The notes: generated by a model not told the origin, from the letters alone. DNA of 64,000 nt from Eledone cirrhosa (GCA_964016885.1 OZ024744.1:92380001-92444000), one strand, 5' to 3'. Shown: positions 25,218-38,883, numbered from the stretch's first letter. Made by a program: numbers and translations.

Positions 25218-25789
25218 TTTTCTCTCCTTTTTCTTCTCTCACCATTCTCCCTTTCTTTTCTTTTCTTTCCTTTCCTTTCCTCTTCACAATACCAGATTAT
25301 AAGGTGGCAAGTTGGCAGAACCATTGGAACATCAAACAGAATACTTTGTAGTATTTGGTATTTGTTCCAAATCACTGAACTCTGAGTTCAAATCCCATGA
25401 ATATATTAACTTACCCTTTCGTCCCCTTGAGGGGGGGGGGTCGATAGGTAAAGTACCTATCTAGTACTGATGGGGAGAATGAGGTGGGATCAACGAAATA
25501 TCACTCCCTAAATATTTCTTTGCACTGGTTGGTTATATATAATAACTATAGCTGTATATACCCTAAACATTTATCTTCAAAAATTAGGGGTGTGTCTTAT
25601 ATTCAGATAAAATATGGTAGTTGTAACAGTTCTGGGGTCATGGCAGCCTAGTTTCAAAACATAGCAACGGCACTAAACTATATTTTAACCCTTTAGCATT
25701 TAAACTGGTCGTATCTGGTCAGAATTCTCTCACCCTTTTCTGTTCAAACCGGTTGTAACCAGCTACTTATACTGGTATTAAGGTATTGT

Positions 25790-26150
25790 TCTGCAGCATA
25801 GAGTTATGGCCCTCTACGGTCCGAGTTCAAATCTCGCCGAGGTTAACTTTGCCTTTCATCCTTACGGGGTCGATAAAATAAAGCACCAGTAATGCACTGG
25901 GGTCGATTTAATCGACCTCCCCCTCCCCCAAATTACTGGCCTAGTGTGCCTATATAAGAAATCATTATTGGCAGTATCGGTAGAGGGTTGGACACCATGC
26001 TTTCTAGCATAGTTACGTCCCTTTACAGTCTGAGTTCAAATCCCGCCGAGGTTAACTTTGCCTTTCATCCTTACGGGGTCGATAAAATAAAGTACCAGTA
26101 ATGTACTGGGTATTTGCTGGCCTTGTGCCTAAAGTAGAAACAATTATTAT
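25790..26150 (+). mobile_element. two tandem SINE family A copies
   Basis: The second copy starts directly in the ATCATTATT tail of the first (~25968). Confidence 0.85.
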
Positions 26151-26339
26151 TAAAAATCTTAAAGAACTGTCACTATATCTCTTTCTCGTTATCTTTCTTT
26201 CTCTCTTTCTCTCTTTTATTTACTCTCTCTCTCTTTTTTCTCTCTCTTGCTCTCTCTCCTCTCTTTTTCTTGAAGAAATCAGCTGTGTTCTGACCTGGTG
26301 AGGGATAGGTTCCAAAAAGTCTAAATCTGTCTTAAACCA

Positions 26340-26870
26340 GGAGGTTCATCAGTCTTGAGATTTATTCAGTTTAGAATATTGGGCATCCACACAGTTTCTG
26401 TCTACAAAGTTTCATTCACAAGACTGGCTTGAAGCTATCTTTATGGGGTCTATTCAGTTTAGGATATTAGGCTTCCACACAGTTTCCATCTACCAATGCA
26501 CACTCACAGGTTTTTGACTGGCTTGAAGCAATGTTCAGGAGATTCATTTAGCTAAGAATATTGGGCATTTACACAGTTTCTGTCTACCAATTGACACTCA
26601 CAGGCCTTTGTCTGGTTCAAAGTTATGTTTATGAGGTTTATTAAGCCAAGGCAATTGGGCATCTACACAGTTTCCATCTACCAATTGACACTCATATTGG
26701 GCATCTACACAGTTTCCATCTACCAATTGACACTCATATTGGGCTTCCACACAGTTTCCATCTACAAATTGACACTCATATTGGTTTGAAGTTATGTTTA
26801 TGAGGTCTATTCAGTTAAGAATAGTGGGCATCTACACAGTTTCCATCTACCAAATGACACTCACTTGTCT
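26340..26870. repeat. degenerate tandem repeat of a SINE segment (~41-90-bp units)
   Basis: Recurring GGCATCTACACAGTTTCCATCTACCAATTGACACTCA. The same motif occurs in the SINE at ~63700-63860. Confidence 0.7.
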
Positions 26871-27079
26871 TTAAATAACTCAAAGCTATATTTACGAAAT
26901 TTATGAAGCCAAGGCTTATTTTATTGTCTATATGTGAATGAAGTCCTATCATATTGTCACACAACCTCAATATATCTAATTGTTGTTAAATCTTTGTCTT
27001 TAATATTTACAACTCTACAACACTTTCTGATAAGATATAAAATATTCATAGAGGTGTCAAAAACTCAGCCATATTTTGT

Positions 27080-27088
27080 TGTTGTAGC

Positions 27089-27157
<69 letters not shown>

Positions 27158-27185
27158 TATTGTAATAGTAGTAGTAGTAGTAGTT

Positions 27186-27225
<40 letters not shown>

Positions 27226-27282
27226 CAGAGCAGCAGTAGTAGTAGCAGTAGCAGCAGCAGTAGTAGCAGTAGCAGCAGCAGC

Positions 27283-27350
<68 letters not shown>

Positions 27351-27398
27351 CAGCAGCAGCAGTAGTAGCAGCAGCAGTAGCAGCAACAGTAGTAGCAA

Positions 27399-27446
<48 letters not shown>

Positions 27447-27466
27447 CAGCAGCAGCAACAGTAATT

Positions 27467-27543
<77 letters not shown>

Positions 27544-27545
27544 TG
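27080..27545. repeat. (TAG)n/(CAG)n microsatellite
   Basis: Directly visible. Confidence 0.95.
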
Positions 27546-27787
27546 TTGCATTTTTTGCATATTTTCATCTGAGTTGTAAAACTATTGTTTAAACTATAAG
27601 CAGCCGTAATGGCAGTCGGAATATTGGCTGATGAGGGTGTCAAGCGTCTGTTTCATTGAGGTCACTGTTTGTTAAGTGCTAATGTATAATTGTCTGCAAT
27701 TTAAGCAATTAATTTGTTGATGAATTAACTGTTACGTCGTATAATTTGTTAATTTGTTGATGATTAAAACTAGGCTCATATCATCAT

Positions 27788-28092
27788 AATGGTGATGGTG
27801 GTGGTGGTGGTGGTGGTGGTGACGATGGTGGTGGTGGAGATGATGGTGGTGGTGGTGGTAGTGGTGGTTGTGGTGATGGTGGTGGTGGTGGTGGTGGTGA
27901 TGATGATGATGATGATGGTGGTGATGGTGGTGGTGGTGGTGATGATGATGGTGGTGGTGGTGGTGGTGATAATGATGATGGTGGTGGTGGTGGTGATGGT
28001 GGTGGTGGTGGTGGTGATGATGATGATGATGATGATGTTGATGATGTTGATGATGGTGGTGGTGGTGATGATGATGATGATGATGGTGGTGG

Positions 28093-28138
<46 letters not shown>

Positions 28139-28149
28139 GGTGATGATGA

Positions 28150-28183
<34 letters not shown>

Positions 28184-28414
28184 GGTGATGATGATGATGA
28201 TGATGATGATGTTGGTGATGATGGTGGTGGTGATGATGATGATGATGGTGATGATGGTGGTAGTGATGGTGGTGATGATGGTGGTGGTGGTGATAATAGT
28301 GGTGGTGGTGGTGATGATAATAATGATAATGATGGTGGTGGTGGTGATGATAATAATGATGATGATGATGGTGGTAGTGATGGTGGTGATGATGGTGGTG
28401 GTGGTGATGATCGT

Positions 28415-28453
<39 letters not shown>

Positions 28454-28557
28454 CGTCGTCGTCTTCGTTGTCATTGTCATTATCAGCATTGTAGTCATTA
28501 ATGTCATCGTTATTTGTCATCATCATGATCCATCATCATCATCATCATCCATCATCA

Positions 28558-28592
<35 letters not shown>

Positions 28593-28640
28593 AGTCACCA
28601 TTATCATCATCATCATCATCATCATTGTCATTGTCAATAT
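27788..28640. repeat. (GGT)n/(GAT)n mosaic followed by (GTT)n and (CAT)n
   Basis: Directly visible; source of the poly-His/Val/Met ORFs. Confidence 0.95.
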
Positions 28641-29318
28641 CAATGCTATTTTACGTCCACTTCGCCCCCTCCATGCTGGTATGTATGTATGTATGTACGG
28701 ATGGGGTGAAGGACCCCTAGCCCTTATGTCGGAGTTATCCCAGTTTCCTGAGTTGCCTTTTTTTTTGCACGCGGGGCACATAGAAATAGCCGGGCTGGAC
28801 ACCCGATCGCGCAGTTAAACCACTGGGAGTGAAGAACCCCTAGCCCTTGTCAGGGCATTCTTCGAGGAGAAGGCAACCCAGGAAACTGGGTTAACTCCGA
28901 TATAAAACCTGAGGCTCAGTAGTTACCGATGATGTTGGTCTTTTCTTCTTTTCAGGTTATAGCTACTGTCGCTCAGAGAGTTGGATTGGCTCAGTGCACA
29001 GTCTTTCCTCACTTGAAAAAATATCTTCATGCACAGACATTGCATGATAGCATTGATTGATAATTAATAATTAGGTTCACTTTGCCTTTCATCCTTACGG
29101 GGGTCGATAAAATAAAGTACCAGTAATGCACTGGTTTAATTGCTGGCCTTGTGCCTAAAAATAGAAACAATTAATTAATTATTAATAATGGTATATCGTG
29201 CAATGGCCATACTCGATAACGAGGGGGCAGCCATCATGTATGTATGTATGTATATATGTATAACAGCTCTCATACCAGATTGAGCGCTGTTTTCCTTTTT
29301 CCTTTTGCACAACACCAT

Positions 29319-29394
<76 letters not shown>

Positions 29395-29503
29395 ATATAT
29401 ATATATATGTATATATATATTGTTATATATATATATATATAAATCATCATCATCATCACTGTTTTACGTCCGTTCTTCCACGCTAACATGGGTTATATAT
29501 ATA

Positions 29504-29847
29504 GAGGCACATGGCTTAGTGGTTAGAGCATTGGCCTTGCAATCGAAAGGTTGTGAGTTCAATTCTCAGACCGGGTGATGTGTTGTTTCCTTGAGCAAGA
29601 CACTTTATTTCACATTGCTCCAGTTTACTCAGCTGTAGAAATGAGATGATAGGGACTGGGGTCCCCATCATTCCACTGTAAAGTGGTCGTGGAGGTGCCA
29701 CGGTAAAAAAAGCACCCAGCACTCACTGTAAATGAGGTTGGTGTTAGGGAGGGCATCCAGCTGTAGAAATCAAACCAGAATCAGTTCCCGTCCCGCACTT
29801 GCAAGCAGGGAAAAGCGGACATAAAATCATGATGATGATGATGATGA

Positions 29848-29850
<3 letters not shown>
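29504..29850 (+). mobile_element. tRNA-derived SINE family B with RTE-type 3' tail
   Basis: A-box TGGCTTAGTGG, B-box GTTCAATTC. Tail CTTGCAAGCAGGGAAAAGCGGAC followed by (GAT)n matches the RTE end at ~41975-42020. Confidence 0.85.
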
Positions 29851-29879
<29 letters not shown>

Positions 29880-29882
<3 letters not shown>

Positions 29883-30092
29883 AAAAGAGTTAGGACCCTG
29901 ACGGCTGAGCTCCGGCCGTTTCGACAGCTAGATCCGAACAGCTAGATCCGCGTTCGGATCTAGCTGTCAAAATGGCTGGAGCTCAACCGTCAGGGTCCTG
30001 ACTCTTTTCCTATTACCCACTCTACTACCCTAAGTATTGAGTACTCTGGTGCATTATAGTCCACCTGGTTTCTTACCACACTCTCTTTCTTA
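29880..30092. mobile_element. fold-back element in (TA)n, same family as 11019
   Basis: Inverted arms AGGAAAAGAGT..GGACCCTGACGG / CCGTCAGGGTCC..ACTCTTTTCCT. Confidence 0.55.
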
Positions 30093-30349
30093 TATATATA
30101 TATATGACGAGGTGATGAAAGCTGACCTTGCACAATTACACCTCTCAAAGACAAAGGCACAGGGTAGAGCTGTTTAGCATCATACAGTAATACAGAAGAG
30201 TTGCCTCCCCTTGCACACGGGCTCAAACATCCATCCAGTAGGCACCTCATAACCACTTAATCACTATACCCCCTTCCATACAGACCCCCCACCCCCACCT
30301 TCCAACTTCTGGCCACACCATCCTTACCCTGTAAAGTTATGTTGGTATT

Positions 30350-30650
30350 ACGAAAGCACCCAGCACACACTGTAAAGTGGTCATGTAGGTGTCATGACAA
30401 AAAACACCCAGCCCACACTGTAAAGTAGTCATGTAGGTGTCATGACAAAAAACACCCAGCCCACACTGTAAAGTGGTCATGTAGGTGTCATGACAAAAAA
30501 GCACCCAGTCCGCACTGTAAAGTGGTCATGTAGGTGTCACGACAAAAAGCACCCAGTACACACTGTAAAGTGGTCATGTAGGAGTCATGACAAAAAGCAC
30601 CCAGCACTTCCTGTAAATGTGGTTGGGGTTTGGAAGGGCATCCAGCTATA
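30350..30650. repeat. ~48-bp minisatellite, reverse complement of the 23880 unit
   Basis: CACACTGTAAAGTGGTCATGTAGGTGTCATGACAAAAAGCACCCAG, about 5 copies. Confidence 0.85.
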
Positions 30651-30999
30651 GAAATCAAAGGCGAGAATCAAAATAACAACAAAAGTAGTCACTGAGGAGG
30701 TTACAGAATGTGTGACGAAAGATATCTATGTACTTATATATATATATCAGTTCTGTGTGAGCAAAACATAAAGTGACAGCCCATCCTACCTATGCTAGCG
30801 TGGAAAATGGATTAAACGAGGGTGATGATGATATATATATATATATATATACATACCTAAAATGGCTGACTAAAACACACATGTGCTTTTTCTCCAAATT
30901 CTTTTTCCGTTTCTTTCTCTTCTCATTTTCTATCTTTTTATTCTGTCTTTTATTTCTCATTCTATTAGTTTGAACAGAAAGTTCTCATTGTTTTCAAAT

Positions 31000-32330
31000 A
31001 TTTATTGACTTTGGCGTTTTTTAACATTATTCAAAATAATTGCCATCATTTGTGATTACTGTCAGCCATTGTTTAGAAAGGCACATGATTCCATCCCTGG
31101 AGAATTCTTCTGGCTTTAATTCAAAGAATTCTGTCAGCCACTGACAAAGGTCTTTGACTGCATTGCTTTTTCTCATTGAGGAAAAAAAGTGATAATCTGT
31201 AGGTGTGAGGTTGGGTAAATATAGCAGGTGGGGCAGAACCTCCTAACCTAGCTCCAGCAGTGTGGTCAAGAATTATTGAGAAGGAATCAAATAGAACCAT
31301 GGTGTGGGTGCACCAATATGATTTTCACCACTAATCAGTCAAGTTGTTGGCAATAGACATCAGAGGTTATGCTGTGTCCGGTGGAAGCAGCTTGTAGTGG
31401 ACGACACCTTTCCAGTCCCACCAGGTAATCAGTAGGGCCTTATAAGGGTGGAGGTCAACCTTTGCTTGCCATTGTGCCACACTCTCTTTATCAACCCAAT
31501 ATCTCTTGCACTTGGTAATAATATAGAGACACCATTCTTAATCACAATTGAGAATAGGGTGTAACCAGATGGTTGTGCAATGGTAGGAGAACAGAGAAGA
31601 CACAGCTGCTGTCTGACATTAATGATTATGGTGAGTCAGATTGTGGGGCACCCATAGAACCAGCTTGGACACCTTCCCTATTGCATGCAAATGATTGAAG
31701 ATTTTGTGTTTTCAATGCCCCAAGCACTTTAGGTAGTTGACATATTGCCTGGTGTGGGTCGGCTTCCTCCAGGTCAAGCAGCTGCTTGTCATTGAAGATG
31801 GTTGTGTTTTCAATGCCCCCAAGCACTTTAAATATTGTCTGGTGTGGGTCGGCTTCCACCAGGTCACGCAGCTGCTTGTCATTGAAGATGGTTGTTTTCA
31901 ATGCCCCAAGCACTTTGGATAGTTGACATATTTTTTGGTGTGGGTCGGCTGTCACCAAGTCAAGCAGCTGCTTGTCATTGAAGTCCGATGGATGTCCATG
32001 TGAAGTCGATCTTCAAGGCTGTAATCACCAGAATGGAAGCATGGAGATGTCTATCAGTCTCTGGCACAGTCTCCAAACATGGTGTGTGACGGAAATGTAT
32101 TGTTAATGGGGTGACTCAACGTTGCTGCACTTAATTCAGATTTGAAGTCATAAAGTAAACAGCTATGAATAAACAATTTCTATAGATTTATGTTGTTTCT
32201 TCTTTGATGGTGTAACTGAAAATGAGAAATGCACGTAATGATTACAAACATTACTTCTTATATATGTGAACATGCACAACCTTCAATATTTTTGGAAAAC
32301 TCTACCAAAATAGCTCCTTTTGAAAAATTG
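31000..32330 (-). mobile_element. mariner transposase fossil
   Basis: Minus-strand remnants PHLLYLPNLTPTDYHFF (YSPDLAPxD-like), WWDWKGVVHYKLLP, and the helix-turn-helix region DKQLxDLVEADPHQ repeated three times. Confidence 0.75.
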
Positions 32331-33042
32331 CCATGTAAGTGTCTTAGCATTCCACAAATACATGCACCTTAATGTAATTCTCAGGGAGATGAGGCTGACC
32401 CCATGAATTACTGGTACAACTCACTTTTGCCAGCTGAGTGAACTGGAGTAATGTGAAATAAAGTGTCTTGCTCAAAAACACAATATGTCGCCCAGTCTGC
32501 AAATCGAACTCATGGCCTTAGATTTGTGAACTAAACACCCTAACCAGTAAGCCTTCAAATACATACATATATATATGTATCTCTCTCTATATAAATATAT
32601 ATATATATACACACACATAGAAATACACCACATACATACATGTATAGATACATACACACACACATACATACATACACACACATATAGATACATAAATACA
32701 TACATAAAAATCAATTCCACTTAATTTCATAATAGCTGGTTAATGACTTTTCAAAACATTGAACCACTAAGCATCAAGGAACAAAATCTATATAATATAA
32801 AATGGATTGGTTAATGCCGTATGGCAAATAAATCAATTTGGGTTAACTGCATAACAAATATTCTGATTATGATTTTAGAATTTTTCAAATTGCAAAATCT
32901 AGCATAAAATTGTGCATTTATTTGATTTGAGCATAAAAGAAATGACAATTCCGGTATGTTCCATTGCCATGTTGGATTAAAAATGGCAGCAGTCAGTACT
33001 TCATTATTTGATTGAAAGCAGCCAGTATCAAAAGAGTGTACA

Positions 33043-34620
33043 TGCTAGATTCTTGATGCTAGTTGTTAGATGCTAGATGCTAGATTCTAGATACTAAATG
33101 CTAGATTCTAGATTCTAGATGCTAGATGCTAAATGCAAGATGCTAGATGCTAGATGCTAGATGCTAGATTCTAGATGCTAAATGCTAGATGTTAAATGGT
33201 AGATGCTAGATGCTAGATGGTAGATGGTAGATGGTAGATGCTAGATGGTAGATGGTAGATGGTAGATACTAGATGCTAGATGCTAGATTCTAAATGCTAG
33301 ATGGTAGATAGTAGATGGTAGATGCTAGATGCTAGATGGTAGATAGTAGATGGTAGATGGTAGATGGCAGATGGTAGATGCTAGATGATAGATGGTAGAT
33401 GGTAGATGCTAAATGCTAGATGCTAGATGGTAGATGGTAGATATTAGATGCTAAATGCTAGATGTTATATGGTAGATGGTAGATGCTAAATGCTAGATTC
33501 TAGATTCTAGATGTTAGATGGTAGATGCTAAATGCTAGATGGTAGATGCTAAATGCTAGATGCTAAATGCTAGATGCTAGATGCTAAATGCTAGATGCTA
33601 GATGCTAGATGTTAGATGCTAGATGCTAGATGCTAGATGCTAGATGCTAGATGCTAGCCACTAGATGGTAGATGTTAGATGCTAGATGCAGCATGGCTTA
33701 ATGGTTTAAACAAGAAAAAAAAACAGCTTCGCAATCATTAAGTTACAAATGTGATCCCACTCAGTGGTGACTTGGCAAGTATCATTTGAGTTAGTTTTCC
33801 TTTCCTTATACCATTAACCCTTTAGTTACCAGCCTGGTCAAAACTGGCTCTGGCTTTATGAAATAAAACCACCCATTTTAAAGGGTTCCTATCTAACCCT
33901 TTAGTGATGGTAGATGGTAGATGCTAGATGCTAAATTCTAGATGCTAGATTCTAGATGCTAGATGCTAGATTCTAAATGCTAGATGCTAGATACTAGATA
34001 CTAGACACTAGATTCTAGATGCTATATTCTAGATGCTAGATGCTAGATACTAGATGGTAGATGCTAGATGCTAGGTGCTAGCTGCTAAATGCTAGATGGT
34101 AGATGGTAGATGCTAGATGGTAGATGCTAGATGCCAGATGGTAGATGGTAGATGGTAGATGGTAGAGGGTAGATGCTAAATGGTAGATGCTAGATGCTAG
34201 ATGCTAGCTGCTAAATGCTAGATACCAAATGCTAGATGCTAAATGCTAGATGCTAGATGCCAGATGGTAGATGGTAGATAGTAGATGGTAGATGGTAGAT
34301 GGTAGATGCTAGATGTTAGATGCTAGATGGTAGATGCTAGGTGCTAGATGGTAGATGGTAGATGCTAGATGCTAGGTGCTAGATGGTAGATGGTAGATGG
34401 TAGATGGTAGATGGTAGATGCTAAATGGTAGATGCTAGATTCTAGATGCTAGATTCTAAATGTTAGATGGTAGATGATAGATGGTAGATTGTAGATGCTA
34501 GGTGCTAGATGGTAGATGGTAGATGGTAGATGGTAGATGCTAGATGGTAGATGTTAAATGCTAGATGCTAGATGGTAGATGGTAGATGCTAGATGGTAGA
34601 TGTTAGATGCTAGATGCAGC
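33043..34620. repeat. heptamer satellite (GATGCTA/GATGGTA)n in two blocks
   Basis: 7-bp units. The ~200-bp spacer at 33690-33900 is duplicated at 34615-34820. Confidence 0.95.
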
Positions 34621-35069
34621 ATGGCTAAATGGTTTAAACAAGAAAAAAAAAACAGCTTCGCAATCATTAAGTTACAAGTGTGATCCCACTCAGTGGTGAC
34701 TCGGCAAGTATCATTTGAGTTAGTTTTCCTTTCCTTATACTATTAACCTGGCCAAAACTGGCTTTAGCTTTATGAAATAAAAAGCACCCATTTTAAAGGG
34801 TTCCTATCTAACCCTTTAGTTACGAGCCTGGCCAAAACCACCTCTGATTCTATGAACTAAAACCACCCATTTTAAAGGTTTCTAATTTAAATTAAAACCT
34901 TCCAATATAATTTTATATAAGGACCTTACATTAAGTTACTACCTTAGTTACCAACTTGACCAAAACCAGTTCTGGTTCTATGAAATAAAGCCATCTATTT
35001 TAAAGACTTTTCAATTTATGTTATTAAAATCTTCAACATAATTTTACATACGAACCTTACATCTGTTTG

Positions 35070-35675
35070 GACTGTACCTGTAATTTAAATAGAAAGAAGT
35101 TCAGCCTTCTGGTACACACTCTGTCATGTTGAATCTCCCTGAGAACAATGTTAAGAATACATGTCTGTGGAATACTCAGCCACTTACACTATAATACAAC
35201 ATGGACTGTACCTGTAATTCAAAGAGCCAGATTTGTCACACACTGTGTCATACTGAATCTCCCTGAATTATGTTGATGGTACATGTGTCTGTAGGATGCT
35301 CAGCCACTTACAATATAATATCAGATAGACTGTACCTGTAATTGAACAGGGCTAACCTTGTTACTGACTGTGTTATGCTGAATCTCCCTGAGAATTAAGT
35401 GTCTGTGGAATACTGAGTCACTTACATTTTATATACCATAGTGACTGTAATTCAAAGGACCAGGCTTGTTACACAGTGTGTCATGCTGATTCTCCCTGAG
35501 AAATACATTAAAGGTACACATGCCTGAGGAATACTCAGCCACTTACACTATAATTCAACATAGACTGTAACTGTAATTCAAATAGCCAGCCTTGTCACTA
35601 CAATGTCATACTGAATCTCCCTGAGAATTACGTGAATGGTACACCTGTCTGTGGAATACTCAACCACTTACAATA
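35070..35675 (+). repeat. tandem repeat of a SINE-like segment, about 5 units of 115-133 bp
   Basis: GACTGTACCTGTAATT...CTGAATCTCCCTGAGAA...GGAATACTCAGCCACTTACA recurs. A dispersed copy lies at ~36370-36460. Confidence 0.75.
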
Positions 35676-35679
35676 TAAT

Positions 35680-36300
35680 TGTTTCTACTTTAGGCACAAG
35701 GCCAGCAATTATCCCAGTGTATTACTGGTACTTTATTGTATCGACCCCCCCCCCCCCGTAAGGATGAAAGACAAAGTGAACCTCAGCAGGATTTGAACTC
35801 AGAACGTAAAGAGCCATAACTCTATGCGTCAAAGCATGGCGTCCGACCCTCTACCGATACTGCCAATCCACCACCATTATTAATAGTGATTGGTGGATTG
35901 GCAGTATCGGTAGAGGGTCGGACGCCATGCTTTGACGCATAGAGTTACGGCCCTTGTCATTCTGTGTTCAAATCCCGCCGAGGTTAACTTTGCCTTTCAT
36001 CCTTACGGGGGATTCGATAAAATAAAGTACCAGTAATACACTGGGATAATTGCTGGCCTTGTGCCTAACGTATAAACAATTATTAATAGTGATTTCTACT
36101 ATAGGCACAAGGCCAGCAATTTGGAGGGAGGGGGAAGTCGATTAAATCCAACCCCAGTATGTTACTGGTACTTTATTTTATCAACCCCGTAAAGATGAAA
36201 GGCAATATTAACCTCAGCAGGATTTGAACTAAGAACGTAAAGGGCCATAACTCTATGCTGCAAAGCATGACGTCTGACGCTCTAGCGATTACTACTAATC
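35680..36300. mobile_element. cluster of three SINE family A copies (-, +, -)
   Basis: Head-to-head pair around 35876-35891. The + copy at 35892-36078 is flanked by the 16-bp duplication ATTATTAATAGTGATT. Confidence 0.85.
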
Positions 36301-36583
36301 CATTGTATTATATAATACATTACAACTAACAACTTACATTATAATACATGGACCCTTCATGGGATTGACAGAGCCAGCCTTGTCTCACATACTCTATCAC
36401 GCTGAATCTTCCCGAGAACTATGTGAAGGGTGCACGTGTCTGTGGAATACTCAGATCGTTGTATGTTAATCTCATCAGCAGGCTCTTTGTTCCATTGATC
36501 AAGCATCAGGAATATTGAATCAATGGAGGTGCATTCCATTAAAAGAGACAAATGTATTCAACATACATAATCTTACCATTTCA

Positions 36584-36626
<43 letters not shown>

Positions 36627-36632
36627 TACTTA

Positions 36633-36634
<2 letters not shown>

Positions 36635-36671
<37 letters not shown>

Positions 36672-38883
36672 TTAACGTCTATCTTCCACGCTAGCATGGG
36701 TTTAGACCCATTGGAATTTTCCCACTTGAGGCAAGATTGGTTGTCTTGCTCGTATAGAACTTCTGGAGGGTTTTCTACGGCTGGATGCCCTTCCTGACAC
36801 TAACCACATTTACAGTGTGGACTGGGAGGTTTTTACCGTGTTACTTACATGGCCACATTACAGCGTGGACTGTGTGTTTTTTTGTCGTGACACCTACACA
36901 ACCTCATTTATTTAGGACTGGTGCCAACATTACTTTACAGAGAAAGGGGTGGTGTAGATAGGGTGGGAGTAGGGGTAGTGGGACCGGGGTGTATTTTTGG
37001 TTAGGAGGTGCCTACTGACTGTAGGTTTCGCTTTGTACTTAGGCAAGACGGGTCTTCTGCATTACTACGAAGCGCCAAAGATCACGGTTCAGTGACCTTG
37101 TCTTGGAGAGGTGTAAGTGTGTAAGGTCGGAATTTATCAAATCTTCCCAGGTTTTTCTGGGTCTGCCTACTCCATAGCTTCCATCTATTTTTATCGCCCT
37201 GCACTTTTTTATACAGCTGTCGTCTTTCATGCGCATCACATGAGCATACCAATGTAGTCTTCTCTCGAGTAAACAGCATCTGATCCCTCTTATTCCTAAT
37301 TTCTCACTTAGGTCATTTATGCTTTGCCGTTCACGTATATTACTATTACACATCCAACGGAGCATGCAAGCTTCGTTCCTCTCCAGTCTGTGTATATCCT
37401 CTGCACACAAGGCCCATGTCTCACTGCCATGTAACATTACTGTTCGTATGCAGGCATCATACAGTCTGCCTTTCATTTTTAGGGAGAAACCTTTAGCGGC
37501 CAATAGTAGTATAAGCTCTCTGAACTTTTTCCATACCGTTCTGACTCTAACTACTGTACTTTCAGAACACCCTCCAGCACTGTGGATTTTGTCACCCAGG
37601 TAACGGAAGGTGTCCACTATTTCTATAGAACCATCTGGGCAATGGAAGTAGCTAGTATCCTGTGGGCACTTGCTACTACTTATTGCACCTGAGCACCGGC
37701 CACATATAAAATCTATATTCTTAGTTAGTTTAGCTGTGATCCCACTACATCTTTTATGCACCCATACTTTGCATTTGGGACATAAAATGGAGTTTCTGCC
37801 TACTCCTTTCCTACACACTGAGCATGGCCATTTCCCAGAGGGGACCAGTAACCTATTTTCCTTCCTACAAACTAGAACTTTAGTCTTAGACAAGTTAACT
37901 TTAAGGCCTTTTGATTCTAGGCCATGCTTCCATATTTGGAATTTCTTCTCTAGCTCAGCCATTGATTCAGCTATGAGCGTTAGATCATCTGCGTATAGAC
38001 GTTCCCATAGGCAGCCGGTCTTGAACTCCTCTGTTATAGCCTGAAGGGCAATAATAAATAGGAGGGGTCTAAGGACAGAGCCCTGATGAACACCAACTTT
38101 TACGCTAAATTCTTCACTATATTCGATGTTAATTCTAACCTTGCTGACTCTTTCTTTATACATGGCTTGTATAGCTCTCACGAGCCATTCATCAACACCT
38201 AGTTTTCTAAGAGCCCAATAGATAATGGAGCGGGGGACTCTGTCAAAGGCTTTCTCCAAGTCAACAAAAGCTAAGTATAGGAGTTTACTTTTAGTTAGGT
38301 ACTTCTCCTGTAGTTGTACAAGGAAAAGAGCATCTGTGGTTCTTTTACCTGACACAAACCAAAACTTCATTTCATCTAGATCAATTCGCTCTCTGATTAG
38401 TTGCGCTATAACTTTTTCTCTGACATTCATGAGCTGGTCATTTAATTTAATGCTTCTATAGTTACCCCTATCTAGTGCATCTCCTTAAGCCTTGTAGCAG
38501 TTAATGATGATGCTGCTATGCCAGTCATTTGGTATGACCCCATTCTGTATGACGTGGTTTACTATCTGGGCGACCATAGTGTGTCCCACCGATCCAGATG
38601 CTTTCAGCATTTCAGCAACTATCTCCGAAGGCCCAGCTGCCTTACTCGTCTTCATATCTTTGATTGCCTTACTTATTATACTACCTTTGACTAACACTGC
38701 TCGTCCCTCTATTGGATCGATTTGGGGCAGACTATCTTTTTCCCAGTAGCCTCTCATAGTGACACTTCCAAGCTACCTTCTTATCAGTATCAGTGATGGC
38801 AAGTACACCATCATCATTACGTACACACTTCTCCCCGACAATATCACGGTTTTCCTTGAACACCTCACATTTTTGGTCCTCGC
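36635..38883 (-). mobile_element. RTE-clade LINE with PHD finger, 5'-truncated, with 3' UTR and (GAT)n tail
   Basis: ORF 37039-38430: FVDLEKAFD, GVHQGS, YADD, C4HC3 finger, FRYLG, LHGSETW, GRPRKTW. Confidence 0.92.

Noticed and set aside
27625-27660. CTGATGAGG as a hammerhead core
   Set aside because: No stem II or GAAA follows.
27057-28818. Long poly-Leu/His/Val/Met ORFs, and the equivalents at 54107-55157 and 60292-61077
   Set aside because: These are translations of trinucleotide microsatellites that are open in several frames, with no domain or splice support.
29504-29575. Genuine tRNA genes here and at 55212 and 61070
   Set aside because: A and B boxes are present, but the stems are imperfect and the sequence continues into a SINE body and RTE tail.
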